Shown here piece by piece: positions 61,776 through 64,000 of a DNA stretch of 64,000 nt. The DNA is from Botryllus schlosseri. Its lineage: Eukaryota. Positions within the stretch are counted from its first letter, which is position 1, and each line of letters begins with the position of its first letter. The stretch spans positions 21,950,001-22,014,000 of the forward strand of contig CM119372.1 of assembly GCA_051294905.1 (NCBI GenBank), written 5' to 3'. The notes under the pieces were generated by a model, which was not told the DNA's origin, did no database searches, and saw only the letters and a program-made list of their open reading frames with translations. Both the position numbers and the translations under genes were made by a program.

Positions 61776-64000
61776 ATATGGAGACAGTGACGTCAATCAG
61801 GGTGACTTCGTAATGTCTGCGAAACCTTCTCGCTTTGAAGTTGTCAGTCTCATCAAATTATTGAACAGTCGTTTGAAATAAATATTTCCGAAGTATATTT
61901 CCCTAATTTGTCCCAATGCAGGGATTGAAACCTCGCCACGAAATCCATTTTATCCTGTGCTATACATAACAACCACTATTTGAGCAGCTTCTTGGAGGTA
62001 CAGAACTTCGATATACAATTGAATAGTAGGCTATATTCATTTTTAAATGAACCCGAATATTTTCGGCTGACACTCGTCATATAGCGGACAATTATATACC
62101 TGCTCTCAAAGCCTGGATATCAGATTTGGCGCATTTTCACTGCGGATGCCCTATCGACAAGGCTGATTTTTTGATGAACAAGGAGTGTTTCGTTGCTATC
62201 AAAGCATTACGCCCCGACCCTGAAATTCATTTTACCAGTTATATTGGTATGCAGCCTTGTCTTGTTAATGTTCAATTGTTCATGGTCGAAACTGCAGTAG
62301 GGGTCTCAGCTTTCCCGTGGCCACTTACTGGCCACAGATATTTTTGTGGCCGGCCACAGTGAATTTCATGGCCGGCCATAAGAATTCATCGTGGCCGGCC
62401 ACGAGTTCATGGCCAGTTCGTGATTTTGTCACATCTAGTTGGATCAAAATCCGCCCTTTGCATCCAATTTGAGAATAGTCAAGTAGATCTTCTTCATTTG
62501 CAATACGAACTTGCTGGTGGCAAGGTTTGTATAGACGACTTCCACTATATTATCGCACGTACCTAAGTTAAATTACCACTTTATTGAGTAGTTTAGGGAT
62601 GGGTTCAAAATTTGCACGGCTTTACACGTGTTACCTTTTCTGTTCGCTGTAGAAATGAATTTAATTCCCACTGACTATTGAAAAAGTACTCTGGGACGGT
62701 GCGTTGTAAACTAACACCGAAACATACGTTCCTTGAACGTTCTAGAATCTAGATAAATATTTGATAGAGTAATGTATGAGCGTACTGCGTAGCCTACATC
62801 TTACTGCTTGGTCAGACGAACGTCTTTACATTAAAACTGGTGTTCACACAGATTTCATGCCAGGCGATCAACACAATGGGATTGCGTGGAAAGATAAAAC
62901 CGTGGTGCAGACTCGATAGCCTCGCAGTTTCTTCGCATCTCCATCGCCCAAGCCCATTAGTGATGCAAACGTAGATAATCTGACTCCCTGCCCCTCTTTC
63001 GATTTCTACATAAAGAAACCGTCATATTTTGCTACAAAAAGTTTGTTTATTCCGTTACCAATTTCACAAGATCTGAAGCAATTGAAGCTATGATTACAAT
63101 CATTCACAATTCATATACAAGTAGTTGCGTGAATGCAATGTGTCCAGTACACGCTTTTCACAGAAAACACCCAGCAGGGGCACGAGAGATCTGATACACT
63201 TTACACGGCGATAAGTATTTGCACTGCATTCAAATGTCGAATTATAATGAACGATTGGGACTTGTCTGTGTCATCAAGATTGTTCGCTGAATTGCACATT
63301 GTTCCCTGCATCAACCACAAATATATCATGCCTATTGCTCAATTCGCAGGCTTGGCGTGGGCAATTTTTCATAGATCGATGGCGCTGCATTTGATGTCGC
63401 ATCGATCGATGATGCTGCTTTAGATGACGCAAAGTATCAGAAGTTATCTATTATTATAACAGTAATTTAATTATATAGCAGGCACATTTACGTCTTATGC
63501 CCACCACATCGGTTAGCAGCTTGATCTAACAACGACATGTGATACAAAACGATCCTTGCACCCAAGTAATCAAGTATCCTCTGGTATACACGGCATCTTT
63601 AGTGACTGCGACATGCATCTCATTCGTACATTATTTGCTTCGACGGCACCTAGTTGGATATACAATATACATTATACATACAAATTATATAGGATCGGAA
63701 ACGTGACCAAAATCAAATTTCTGGGAACAAAGCCCCACATTTTACCAGTATGACCGGAAGGTTGGGCTACATCGTTGCCTTTATTCTACATCTACAGCAC
63801 ATCTGCAGTGTGTCAAGTTCATGTGCTGCTACAGCATAGAAATATTCTTAGATTCATCGACAAAACTCTCATCGTGCAAATGAGTGCAAGCTCTATTGAT
63901 GCTGAGGATCTCGAACGTCGTATGTATTGTAGAGCAGTACGATAATCAAATATGTATATAACCGTATATCGCGGACTCATCATAGACCTGATACAGAAAG

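Noticed and set aside
61800..64000. Possible further gene at the right end
   Set aside because: No convincing exon chain or protein motif found by eye.

Overview
AT-rich, repeat-dense animal genomic DNA. The small exons, long MITE-filled introns and repeat types look like an invertebrate such as an ascidian, but that is inference. Almost all ORFs in the supplied track are spurious. Read by hand on the minus strand, the window contains one complete spliced caspase gene. It has 17 coding exons from 55907 down to 13601, all GT-AG with matching intron phases, giving 1515 nt and a 504-aa protein. The C-terminal half is a clear caspase p20/p10 with catalytic His (IGSHG) and Cys in an atypical QFCRQ pentapeptide. 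The N-terminal half is not a recognisable CARD/DED. It reads as a SAM-like helical domain, a G/S/N-rich linker, and two pseudo-repeats (VRASGGNVVQTNV and VVISGGNFVQANV, 23 aa apart) that resemble RHIM/HET-s-type amyloid signalling motifs. A 21-nt micro-exon adds a second Asp site to the inter-subunit linker, and a decayed paralogous caspase exon appears to lie in the last intron. The rest of the window is mostly non-autonomous DNA transposons with 8-bp TSDs (hAT-like), including a 6.9-kb nested composite that is partly duplicated in the window. There are also long palindromic MITEs, an element carrying a telomere-like array, a fold-back LINE 3' end and an RTE-type RT remnant.
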